This document shows positions 1 to 27,046 of a stretch of 64,000 nt of DNA, piece after piece. Position 1 is the first letter of the stretch. Every line of letters begins with the position of its first letter. The notes under the pieces are model-generated. The model worked only from the letters and a program-made list of their open reading frames with translations. It was not told the DNA's origin and ran no database searches. Origin of the DNA: Camelus dromedarius (taxonomy: Eukaryota); contig NC_087472.1 of NCBI RefSeq assembly GCF_036321535.1, positions 100,256,001-100,320,000 of the forward strand, in the 5' to 3' direction. A program made the translations under genes and the position numbers.

Positions 1-285
1 CCTCTTCCCTCCCTCCCTCCCTGCCTTTCCTTTCCTTCTTTCTTCCTCGCCTCTTCCCTCCCTCCCTCCCTCCCTCCCTCTTTCCTTTCCTTCTTTCTTC
101 CTCGCCTCTTCCCTCCCTCCCTCCCTCCCTCCCTCCCTCCCTCCCTCTTTCCTTTCCTTCTTTCTTCCTCGCCTCTTCCCTCCCTCCCTCCCTCCCTCCC
201 TCTTTCCTTTCTTCCTTCCCTGCACTCTTCCCTCCCTCCCTCCCTCCTCCCCTCCCCTCCCCTCCGCTCCTCCCCGCGCTCTTCC
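1..285. repeat. Polypyrimidine (CCCT/CCTT) low-complexity repeat with higher-order units
   Basis: Almost pure C/T; unit cctcttccc(tccc)n...ttccttctttcttcctcg repeated ~4 times. Confidence 0.95.
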
Positions 286-760
286 CCAAAAACTACCCAA
301 CCTTGCTCCAAACACTGGAGTTTTCCAAACTTGAAGTTGCGAAAAGGCCTAGTAGAAAAAGTCAGGAGACTGCCATCCTGGCGTGGCTGAGAGTGGAGTG
401 AAGAAAGACACGAGATGCTGGTGTGCTACACTCAAACCCTTCTTTCTTTATTCTTCCACGTGTCATCTTAAATGACGCACTCTGCACAGACCCAGCAGCA
501 CTCCTGCGCATACCTCTAAGGCCGTGTCCCACTCCTGCCAAGGCACAAGTGTCACTTTCATATATGTAAAGAGAACATATTCCAATTTTAGTTTTTAAGT
601 TACGGATTGCATCTTAAGACTAGACAGCAAATCTAGACAAGTCTAAAAGTATATATAGTACAGCTTTGGCCATAACAGCTCCAAAAGAAGTATTTCTGTG
701 GTGTTGCTTTGAAGTTATCTTTCCTCATGACTCTAAAGACTCTCATTTGTTTTGCTCTAG

Positions 761-823
761 ACTGTGGTCTCCCAAAACAGAAGACAGGCTCAGGGAGCCC
801 CAGCCACCCAAGAGGAGGCTTAA
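761..823 (+). CDS. MAP3K15: Probable terminal coding exon of MAP3K15 (ASK3); reading frame uncertain
   Basis: Acceptor tttgttttgctctag|A at 760. One frame reads TVVSQNRRQAQGAPATQEEA*, resembling the human MAP3K15 C-terminus as I recall it (AVSQYRRAQEASETKDKA*). MAP3K15 is known to lie tail-to-tail with PDHA1. The alternative frame (RLWSPK...) stops at 860. Confidence 0.6.
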   Translation, partial: TVVSQNRRQAQGAPATQEEA

Positions 824-1423
824 TCCGGTAAGCCAGGGGACAGAGGGAGCAAAGAGCTGACATCTCTGTTGGTAAAGCTTCTGTTAACATACACACGAAT
901 TCTGCTGTGTTTACACAGGTAAAACACCATTGTTCAATGAACAATTTAAGAACTTGAAGTTTTAAAGACTTATGGTAAAAATTTAACCTGTCATTTATCA
1001 GCATATTTTAAAGGTGAGAACTGTATGCATTGTGAGAACAGTGATTGTAAAACCTATTCGTGACATCCCAGACTATTATGGAATTCTTAAAAGGATGTTT
1101 AATTTACTTCTATGAAAAACACTTGCTGGAAAGGTGGAACTATAGGTGTTTAAAATAACAAAGGCTGGGAATCACTGTTTTCTATATATACACATTACAT
1201 ACATTACTATTAACTGGCATTGCACTTAAATTTGAAAAAGATAAAATTGATAAGAATATGCCTTATATTTACTGTTTGATATGAATGTCAATAGAAAACT
1301 ATTAAGAAAATAGCTTCGTATTTATATTGAATGTATAAATGGAGAAACCTAACTTATTTGGCCTTTGAAATGAAGTAGTCTTATTTAAAAATGGAACTGT
1401 CCTTCCACCCCCTACCTGGTGTG

Positions 1424-1429
1424 AATAAA
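1424..1429 (+). terminator. Candidate MAP3K15 polyadenylation signal (AATAAA)
   Basis: AATAAA ~600 nt after the putative MAP3K15 stop. Confidence 0.45.
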
Positions 1430-1437
1430 TATTGTGT

Positions 1438-1443
1438 TTTATT
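1438..1443 (-). terminator. More distal PDHA1 polyadenylation signal candidate (AATAAA)
   Basis: tttatt on + strand. Confidence 0.45.
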
Positions 1444-1711
1444 AAGGAGAATCGATGGTTCAGTGTGAACAAGCTTCAGCACCAAAATGCACAAGGACAG
1501 AGGCGTCTGTGCACAGTAAGGTACTGCGAACGATTCCCTTCACACAAAAACATGGCAGAGGTGGACAGGCACGTAAGGACTTGTTTTCCTTTTAGTAACT
1601 AAAAAGGCATTTGTTAAAATAGTATACAACTAAATCAAATAGAACTACTTTAAAGAAATACTTTGAAGGAGGGTTAAACAAACTCTTAAATAGGTCTCTA
1701 AAATACCTCAG

Positions 1712-1760
1712 ACCTATACAAATCTAAAATAACCTATATAAATCTAAAATAACCTTTATA
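1712..1760. repeat. 20-bp tandem duplication (x2.5) in PDHA1 3'UTR/3' flank
   Basis: acctatacaaatctaaaata / acctatataaatctaaaata / acctttata. Confidence 0.85.
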
Positions 1761-1796
1761 ATATCCATACTAATACTTAAGTGTGCAATAACATTT

Positions 1797-1802
1797 TTTA
1801 AT
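1797..1802 (-). terminator. Proximal PDHA1 polyadenylation signal (ATTAAA)
   Basis: tttaat on + strand, ~150 nt after the stop codon. Confidence 0.55.
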
Positions 1803-1954
1803 GCAACACTGTACAGACCACATGCAATGACTATCTTAATCTACACACTTTCTTCCTATGAGTTTTTCCTCCATAACAAACTTGAGAACACAAAGAAAGC
1901 ATTCCTTACAGTTGCTGCCAAATAGCCCACCGATGGATAGTAACCATTCCCCAT

Positions 1955-17403
<15,449 letters not shown>

Positions 17404-17431
17404 GGAGTGCTAGCAGTTACGACGGAAGACG

Positions 17432-17458
17432 GGCGGCGGCGGCGGCGGCGGCGGCGGC
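17432..17458 (-). repeat. (GCC)9 trinucleotide repeat in PDHA1 5'UTR
   Basis: Nine perfect ggc units on + strand, 28 nt upstream of the ATG. Confidence 0.95.
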
Positions 17459-18018
17459 GACTCCCAGCGACCCAAGCAAGGTGGCCCAGGTGTCTCCAAG
17501 TCTCCTTCAGGCGCCCGGAGTGGCCGCTACGACTGAACGACAGCGCGACGCGACGGAGACGGAGAGACGTCATGCGCGGCGCCGAGTCATGGGCCAACCA
17601 GATCGGCCCCCAGGGCGTGCCCCGCCCACATGAGAGGCTCGCGGCAGCCCATTGGGTGTCGGAGCCAGAGAGGGAGCGGCTGAGGGCTCCCTAGATAGCC
17701 ACCGGGTGGGCGGGTCAAGACCTGGGGACCTGAAGGCGCCTGCGTGGGAAAGTGGGGCCCCGCGGGCAACAGACCATCTTGGATTTTGCACCAAAGCTGA
17801 GCTATGCAGGATTCAATATCCTACAAGACCTATTCTACCCAGCGCTCAGTCCTGCCTGTGCCGCAGCTTTGCAGCTTTCGCTTAATATACCAGATGATAA
17901 ATAGCCTTGGCGGCCAAAAGATACCATCTGGTTTCTGTAAATGGTTCTGCCGCTAATTTGTCTTTAAGAGGTCATGTAACAGTTGTAAAAGGCTGCGCTG
18001 TCTACTTCACCTAGGATC

Positions 18019-19330
18019 TGATGAAATAAAATTCATATTTAAGGCAAGACAAGAAAAATTTAAACAAAAATGTTTTCTCTGCCCGGTCGGGCCTCCTCCC
18101 TCCCCTCCAGTATGCACTATGCATCAACACGATGCATTAACCCCACCTCCTCAAGGCCAGAAATACCTGCTCAACCATGAAAATCAATGTTTCTTCTTCC
18201 AGCACCAGCCATGTAACTCCTTAAAAGATAACATTCCTTTCTCAATCCTATACGAGATCACAATGACACACCACTCACCTTGTAGGTGCTCACATCTTTG
18301 GTGAGCTTCATGTACAATGCCGATATATCATTTCCTTTAAAGACAGCAACTGGTACAAAACAGACTGGGTTTGTTCAGACGACCTGGAGAGATACTGGAC
18401 CCCACTCACTGGAAGTTCTTAGCTCAAATACTTACTTGTGACCTTATTAATGTGACTAGCTATATTCCTTGTAGTCTGCCTTTTTGTTTTTTTTACAAGA
18501 TTACTGTTTCTTGCACTCCCAAATGTGTGAGTGAGGCCCGGACGAAAGTAACAATGACTAGGCGACTTGAAACAATTGACCAAGTGTATAGTTCCATAAG
18601 ATCAATGACTGTGATAGTATAACTAGATACAGGAAGGAGGAACACGAGGGAACCATTGCTTGGACCATAACAAACCAGTAAGACGGGTGGTCCAGAAACT
18701 TTGGGCTACTGTTAACAGGGTCTAGTCCAGTAATAGCACATTGAGGGTCCTATCAACAAAATCCTCACCTGACCTGGGAATGAGAATTCCTAGCATTGTG
18801 AGAAAAGTTGGTCATGAAATACCTCCCAATTTCCCTTGGTTGAAATTAAGACATAAAGGGAGGAGATTGTGAAATAAAGAATGATGCCCACCATCCAGTT
18901 CTACAAGAATCAAGTCATTAGCCACTGCATTTGCTGACCTAAAATACACCCTAAAAGGAATTCAGGGTGAAGATCAGGATGAGGCATTTTGTGCTCTGGG
19001 AAAATTGGCAGAACTGGCTCAGATAGCTAGATATTTTCAGAAGAAAATTTTATAAACTCTGTTTCTTGCATCTTCACATACTTAGAAAGGCACTAAAACC
19101 ATTAACTAAGATATCTGTTCCCTCGTGCATAGCAGTAACCTTCTACCAAGATGTGTGCTTGATTACACATACTCCTCTAAAATCACATATACACTGGTCT
19201 CCCCCACTTACCTTTTTGGAACAGTTCTCAGAACTCTCTGAGAGACTGTCTCCCAGGTTATAATCTGCAGGTTGGCTCAAATAAAATCTTCCATTTCTTT
19301 CTTAGGTTGGCTATTAATTTTTTGTTGACA
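18019..19330 (+). mobile_element. Solo LTR, ERV1-like, 1312 bp
   Basis: TG...CA termini, 4-bp TSD GATC (18015-18018; 19331-19334), AATAAA at ~19279 near the 3' end. Confidence 0.85.
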
Positions 19331-20589
19331 GATCTAAAAATCCATTCCCCAGGGGAATATTGAGAGACCAATGGGAAAAACCTTTGGCTCTAATTATCAG
19401 TTCACAAGCTCAACAAGAGTTAATAGTATGACACAGCTGATGATAAAAGCACACACAAAGACACAAACACAAAAGCAACTCCAGGCTCCATTTAGAGGGG
19501 TTCCCAGGTCAAAGGTTATGCGCAAGTGGGGTTAGACCTGGGGTACTGGGTTCAGATTTGGGTTTTAAGGGGGATAATGACAAAAATGGGTGCAACGCCA
19601 GAGACAGTGGTCAGAATGGTGGGGGGCTGAAATTGTGACTTGTGAAGAATGATGAAAGGAGTGAGGAAAAAGCCAGACTAACTTGGGCTAGGTTAGGTTA
19701 GGTTTTGCCAACAATGGACCTCCACGTTTCAATCACTTGACTCTCGTCACCTCATGGCTTGCCTGGGATTCTGCTCCACGTCGTCTTCACTCTGGAACCC
19801 AGCCTGATGGAGCCACCTCTGTGAGAAGCTTAGCTTGTCTCATGGTAGAGGGATGGGAGGCCACTCAAACAGGTTCTCAGAGTATCTACCCAGAAGTGAT
19901 ACCTGCCAATTCCTCTCAGTTTCTATAGACCAGAGCTAGCTACCCAACCATGTCTGACTCCAACAGGGTAAAGTATAATCCTCCTGTCAGGAGGGAGATT
20001 GAAAACTGGATGAACATAAAACCACAGAGCATCAGATCCATCTTCACACATTCTCAGGCCTGTCACATTCCCGGAGAAAGAGCTATTGTATGAGTGTGTG
20101 AGAACAAAATGATTTCAGTTCCGTATAACGATGAGAACTCTGCAATGTGATAATTCCCTGCTGGTGTCACCAAAGGTACTCAAAGCAGGAGCTCAAAGCA
20201 TAACCAGCTGTCCAAATGGCTTTAAAAATGACTTGGGCCCTGGCAGGAACCTGGACTCAGACCGTGGAGATTCCGTCCACCTCTATGACCAGGTTATGGT
20301 GAGAAGAATGCTCCCTAAGGGAGGGAGAGGGGGCTATTAAAAGGCAGGGATGGCAATGCGATCCACTGCACAGCATGATTTCAGCAGACGCTGCTGCTGA
20401 TTGAATATGCTGGGGGAAGAAAGGGGAAGGAAAAGGGTTGGAGGCCAAATGTCCAGGTTATGGTTTGGGATATGTTGACCTGGAGGTGGCAGTGGAACAG
20501 CTCTCTGAAGATGTCCGCTAGGAGGCTGGAGTGGTAAATCTGGAACATATGACTGGAAATATGACTTTGGGAGTTATTTGCATACAGAC

Positions 20590-21032
20590 TGTTGACCGAA
20601 AAAAGTGCACAACCTAAAGTTGACAATTACGTTTTATTTGGTTGACTTTTTGAGGAGTTAAGCCTGGGAGACAGCCTCTCAGATAGCTCTGAGGGACTGC
20701 GCCAAAGAGGTCAGGGAGGACTCAGGATATATAGGAAGCTTTGCCACAAAAACCAGGGATTCTGAATATCAAAAGATTACTATAAATTAAAGAAAATCAG
20801 ACCTCTCAAGTGAATGAATTTAGTGCTTTTCTATGTATGAGAAGATGCAAGAGTCTGGGCTCATTAAATCATTCATTTGATCGGTATCTTACCTATTTAG
20901 GGCCAGTAGCCTGCTTTTCTGTATCCTGAATCCCCTCAGGGGGCATAGTCGGAAGCAGCAGCAGTGGCTGATGGCTTGATGGCCACAACATCCTCTGTTT
21001 ACTGATATGGCAGGTGACATCCTTCATCCACA
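20590..21032 (-). mobile_element. Solo LTR, MER41-like ERV1
   Basis: TG...CA ends; its reverse complement shares ctgagaggctgtctcccagg...aaataaaa with the 3' end of the 18019 LTR; no clean TSD. Confidence 0.7.
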
Positions 21033-21350
21033 GGGTGATATGGTTTGTATATGTCTAAGAGCACTATGGGACATATGAACACAAATAAACTCATTCATTT
21101 ATTCATTCAACATTTACGTATTGTGTACCAGTTATGTATCAGATGCTGGAGCAGGCACTGGGGATACAGCAAGGAACAAGTAGAACATAAGTTCTACTCT
21201 CACAGAACGTACAGCCCAAAGAGGGTAATTAACAAGTGCATATAAACACATATGAACTTAAAATACTAGCAACAAATGGTACGAAGAGAAATACAAAAGG
21301 GTGATGGGACAGGTAGTACCAGGAGGAGGATCAGAAATGCTTCTCTGAGA

Positions 21351-22308
21351 GCCCAGAAATAAACTCACAGACCTACAGTCAATTAATCTTTGACAAAGGA
21401 GGCAAGAACATACAACTAAGAAAATACGGTCTCTTCAGCAAATGGTGTTGGGAAAACTGGGCAGCTGCATGTAAATCAATGAAGTTAGAACATTCCCTCA
21501 CTCCATACACAAAAATAAACTCAAAATGGCTTAAAGACTTAAATACAAAACAAGACGTGATAAATCTCCTAGAAGAAAACATAGGCAAAACATTCTCTGA
21601 CATAAATTGCAGCAATGTTCTCCTAGGGCAGTCTACCCAGGCAATAGAAATGAGAGCAAAAATAAACAAATGGGACCTAATTAAACTCAAAAGCTTTGGC
21701 ACAGCAAAGGAAACCATACGCAAAACAAAAAGACAGCCTATGGAATGGGAGAAAATATTTGCAAATGATGCGACTGACTTATATATCCAGAGGGAACTCT
21801 ATTCTGAAAAGATACATGCATCCCAATGTTCACAGCAGCACTATATACAATAGCTAAGACATGGAAACAACCTAAATGTTCATTGACAGATGACTGGATA
21901 AAGATGTGGTATATTTATACAGTGGAATACTACTCAGCCATAAAAATAATAAAATAATGCTATTTGCAGCAACATGGATGGACCTAGAGATCATCATTCT
22001 AAGTGAAGTCAGCCAGAAAGAGAAAGAAAAATACCATATGATATCAGTCATATGTGGAATCTAAAAAAGAAAAAAGGACCCTATGAACTCATCTATAAAA
22101 CAGAAAGAGACTCGCATAGTAAACAATCTTATGGTTACCAGGCAAAGGAGGTGGGAAGGGATAAATTTGGGAGTTTGAGATTTGCAAATGTTAGCTACTA
22201 TATACAAAAATAGATTTTAAAAAAGTTTCCGCTGTATAGCACAGGGAACTATGTTCAATATCTTGTAATAACTTTTAATGAAAAATATGAAAATGCAACA
22301 AACAAACA
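21351..22308 (+). mobile_element. 5'-truncated young L1 with internal deletion
   Basis: ORF2 peptide [17 protein letters not shown]...; jump at ~21780 relative to the other L1 copies; degenerate 18-bp TSD agaaatgcttctctgaga / agaaacgttcctctgaga. Confidence 0.93.
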
Positions 22309-22737
22309 AGAAACGTTCCTCTGAGAAGGGGACCTGTGAGCAGAGACCTGAGTGCCCTCAGGTGCCAACTATGCAAAGACCCCCAAGGTAAGCTTTTCAG
22401 ACAAAGGGATCAACAAATACAAACTCCCTTAGGTGGATATGAACTTTGTATGTTAGAGGAATCATCAGAAGAGCAGGCAGCAATGGTGGCAGAAAGCAGG
22501 CAGAAAGCCAACTTAGCAAAGAGACAGATCAGAACACATAGGGCCCCAGTGGGATTTGTGTTTTCTTGGTAGGAAACTGAATTTTGTTTTGAGTGGGACG
22601 GGAGGCCCTTGGAGGGATAGGAGCAGAGAAGTGACATGTCTTAAGTTCTATTTCCAAGATCACTTAAGACCATTCTGGGAGGGGGTAGAGGAGTGGGCAA
22701 AATGGGTGAGGGTGCTCAAAAGTACAAACTTTCGGTC

Positions 22738-23375
22738 TGATGAAATAAAATTCATATTTAAGGCAAGACAAGAAAAATTTAAACAAAAATGTTTTCTCTG
22801 CCCGTTCAGGCCTCCTCCCTCCCCCCTAGTGTGCACTGTGCAGCTACACGATGCATTAACCCCACCTCCTCAAGGCCAGAAATACCTGCTCAACCATGAA
22901 AATCAATGTTTCTTCTTCCAGCACCAGCCATGTAACTCCTTAGAAGATAACATTCCTTTCGCAATCCTGTACGAGATCACAATGACACACTACTCACCTC
23001 GTATGTGCACACATCTTTGGTGAACTTCATGTACAATGCCGATATATCATTTTCTTTAAAGACAGCAACTGGTACAGAACAGACTAGGTTTGTTCAGACG
23101 ACCTGGGGAGATACTGGGGCCCACTCACTGGAAGTTCTTAGCTCAAATACTTACTTGTGACCTTATTAATGTGACTAGCTATATTCCTTGTAGTCTGCCT
23201 TTTTGTTTTTTTTTTACAAGATTACTATTTCTTGCACTCCCAAATGTGTGAGTGAGCCCCCGATAAAAGTAACAATGACTAGGCGACTTGAAACAATTGA
23301 CCAAGTGTATAGTTCCATAAGATCAATGACTGTGACAGTGTAGCTCAAGATACAGGAAGAAGCAACACGAGGGAA
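22738..23375 (+). mobile_element. Partial (5' half) copy of the same ERV LTR as 18019-19330
   Basis: Near-identical to 18019-18652 by direct comparison. Confidence 0.9.
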
Positions 23376-25705
23376 ATGCCTTCCCACCTGGGGAGCGTTC
23401 TTGGCTCCAAATCACACTAGAATCCCATCAAGCCTTCAGACTTTGTAACCAGCTTACAGGATGCAATGTGTAACATCAACAAATGTGAAAAGTATTACAG
23501 AAGAGATGGCCTAGTATGTTTAGTAAGCAAATAGTAAGATTAAAAGAAAAAAGAAAAAAAAAAAAAGGATGCAGGAATTGTCACTTGTTAAGAGATTGAG
23601 AGACTTATCAGCCAAATGCAACCTGTGGATTCTGCCTGGATCCCAAACAAACCAACTGTTAAAAAAAAATTATCAGATAACTTGGGCAATTTCAACACTG
23701 ACTGAATGTTTAATTGTATTAAAGAATTGTTTAGATGTGCAATGCTATTAAAGTAATGTTACACAGAGTCCTTATCTTTTCAGTTACATACTGAAGTTTT
23801 TCCAGTTGAGATGATACAGTGCCTGGGAGTAGCTTTAAAATAATCCAGTGACAGTGGTGGCTGCGTTGGGCATACAGAGGAGACAAGATGGACCATGAGC
23901 TGACAATTGTTTACGCTGGTGGTGCCTGAATAGAGGTTCCTTGTACTCTTCTCTCTGCTCTTGTTGATACTTGAAAATGTCTCATTACAGAAAGAGCAGT
24001 ACAGATGCCAGACATCAGGGGTTACATATTAAACAATTATCTTCAGTTGTTTTAAGAAAATCCACATTTCACCTTTCAGTATTTGCTACAGTGTACTGAT
24101 GCGACAGAAGGACTTGCTTATGTCAGGCAACTGCAAACATTTATGAATACTCATTCCTTCCTTCCACAGTACACACCAAACACCTGTAAAGCAGACCCTG
24201 GAGTTGTAGGTGTCAGGGACATGATGGCTGTCATGGAGTCCAGGGTCTGGGGGAAGGGGAAGATATTAAATGGATAAATTACATATAAAAGTATACATAT
24301 AATGAATGCATTTCCATTGCCATTGCCAAGAGTGTTATGGAGGGCTGAGGGGTCAGGGGAGGTCAGGAGAGGCTGAGGAAAAGCCTTTTAGATGCGATCT
24401 GCTAGCTAAGCTGTACTGACTAACCAGTGTAGGCGAGGCAGGAAGAGGGCAAGACTCATGCAGTCCCATGTCAAAGATGCTTTTGAGAAATGGAAACAAG
24501 ATTGACAGTAGATAATCCTGGTCCTTTTAGCCTCACTGGGGATTCAGACATTTGTCCTAAGAATAACGGGAAGTCAAAGAAGGATTTTAACATTAGCTTT
24601 GCATTTTGTACGTATGGAAGATAAGATGTACCCACTTGTGACAGGACCCCAAGGGAAACCAATTGAAAGAGGAGCCGTAGTGTTTCCACAGAAGCATGGG
24701 TGTGCTCAGGTTGGAGAGGATGTGAGCCTGAACCTGGGCTGGCTCTCACTACACCACAGATTGCCTCACACGGCACAGCCTTCTAAGTCCGGCTTTGCTT
24801 CCCGTCATGCAAACCGTGCCTGATGAGTGTGGCCTCAAGTTACTGTCAGTCATTTTCTGTGGCTGATCCCCAGACAGAAGCAGCCTTTGGAAACCATAGG
24901 CTTGTGGACAGGCAGCCCAGCGTCTGGACTCTGGAATCAGTCTGTCTTGTCTCAAATGTTGGCTCAACCACTTATGAGCTGGGTGACCTGGGGCAAGTTG
25001 CCTAAGCTCTCAGCGCCTGGGCTTGCTCATTGGGCTGTTACGAAGCTCATGTGCACTATTGTCAAGTACTCAGAACAGTGCCCGACCCATAATGAGCCCT
25101 ACACTAGAATTTGGTAAATGTGCAAATCTTTGCACCCCTTGGTGCCTCACCGTCCTCATTTAGTAAAGCCACTTTTGGAAACTTCTGTCTTCCAGGTGCA
25201 CTCTGAGAATGAACCGGTTGCGTACTCAGCAGATTCAAGGGCTGAATGTTATCCTTATAGTCAATAGTTAACTGCCGCTTGCGGACCACCAGCAAGCACC
25301 ACTAGAGAAACACAAACAACCTCTGTCACCGCCTCTGTTGTACTCGGTCAAAGGTCGCTAATTAAACAACCTGGCCAAAGGCAGATGTCCAATGGCAGGT
25401 GGGATCGGGGTGCTCGGCGGCCTTTGAACTCATCCTGCAGCTCAAAGCTTCTTTCTGGGTCAAGTTCTCTACTCACAAAAATCCACCAGGCCTTGCCAAC
25501 TGTGTGTCTAACTGGCCTGACTGTCAATAAACTTCACCAATCTTAAGAAACTTGCCAGCTTTTAAGAAACTAAAACTGGGAGTTACGAAACACAGAGTAG
25601 GGGCACTTATGGACTGTACCAAACAGTTATGATAGAATTCTTTCATAAAGCGTTTTCTCATCATTTTATAACCAGCATTTTTCTTATTACAAAAGAAATG
25701 CATTC

Positions 25706-26008
25706 CCAAATGAACTTATTTACAAAACAGAGACAGACTTGCAGACATAGAAAACAAACCTATGGTCACCAGGGGAGAAAGGGGGTGGGGAGGGAAAAAT
25801 TGGGAGTTTGGGATTTGTAGATACTACTATACATAAAGTAAACAACAAGATCCTACTGTACAGCACAGGGAACTATATCCGACATTCTGTAATGGCCTAT
25901 AATGAAAAAGAATATGAAAAGGAATAGATATATGTATGTATAAATGAATCACTATGCTGTACACCAGACATTAACACAACACTGTAAATACTTCAATTAA
26001 AAAAAAAA
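25706..26008 (+). mobile_element. Short L1 3'UTR insertion
   Basis: atgaacttatttacaaaacag...cttcaattaaaaaaaaa matches the other L1 3' ends in the window. Confidence 0.88.
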
Positions 26009-27046
26009 GATGCAAAGCAATACAAAAACAAGAAGAAACCTGTTCCATGTAGAAATTCTGGAAACTAAAGATAAATCAAAATTAAAAACCAAAATATTCT
26101 ACAACCATACAGGCCACACAAACCCCTGTTAATGTCAGTATATCTTTTCTCAGCAATATACTTTTGCTACACATTTACACACTTAAAAATTTTATAGGAA
26201 TAAGATCAGAAGGTACCTAATAGTTTGTAACCCCTTCCCACAAATGATTAAATATTTTCAACAACCTGATTTTTAACTCCTAATATTCCATTGTAGCTAC
26301 AATTTATTCCACCAATCCTTTATTGTTGCACAATTAGATGGTTTTCCTTTTTACAATCATAAACCATGCTTGAGCATATTTGTAGCTATCACCTCATCCA
26401 AATTATTATTTTTAGGATAAAATTCTCAAGGTGACATTACTGGGTCCAACAGTATGCAAACATTTCAGGGATCTGATTCATAATGCTACTTTGCTCCTTA
26501 GGAAGCCTTATATCCATTTTCAGAAATTCACTTGGGGCTCCAAAAAAAAATTATACCAATAAAAAACGGATTTCTAGGTATTTAAATATTTTGTTGACTC
26601 TAAGGGTGGTGGTGGAGGGACTAAAAAGTGGAACTTGGACAAAAAGTGAATGCTGTCATAAGTCCGTGTGCTCCCCCTTCACACTGGCGCGCAACAGGGC
26701 ACATGTGCACCCTTGCCTGCGTGGCCCCCCAGCCCCGTGGCTGCATCTCCGCGGCTGTGGTCCTCCACCCAAGCTGAGCCTAGATGTGCATTTCTTAGTC
26801 TCTCCTCTCTCATCCTTGCTCCTCTCATCCCAGTGATTCTCAGTGGGAGTAGAGCTGCCCCCAGTGACTCACAGTGGCCATTTCTGTGGGTGGGGGTTTG
26901 TTGTCATAATGATGGGGGGGTACCCTTGAACTTAGATTCGCGGACATCCTGTGCAACAGAAGTGTTCTGTATTTCTCCCATGACTTTCAAATGTTACTCT
27001 GGACAATCATGTAGGTGAAAAACCTGTATCTAAAGCCTGTATGTAA

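Noticed and set aside
18019..23375. Possible provirus bounded by two LTR copies
   Set aside because: No PBS/gag/pol between the copies; the first LTR has its own TSD on both sides; the second is truncated
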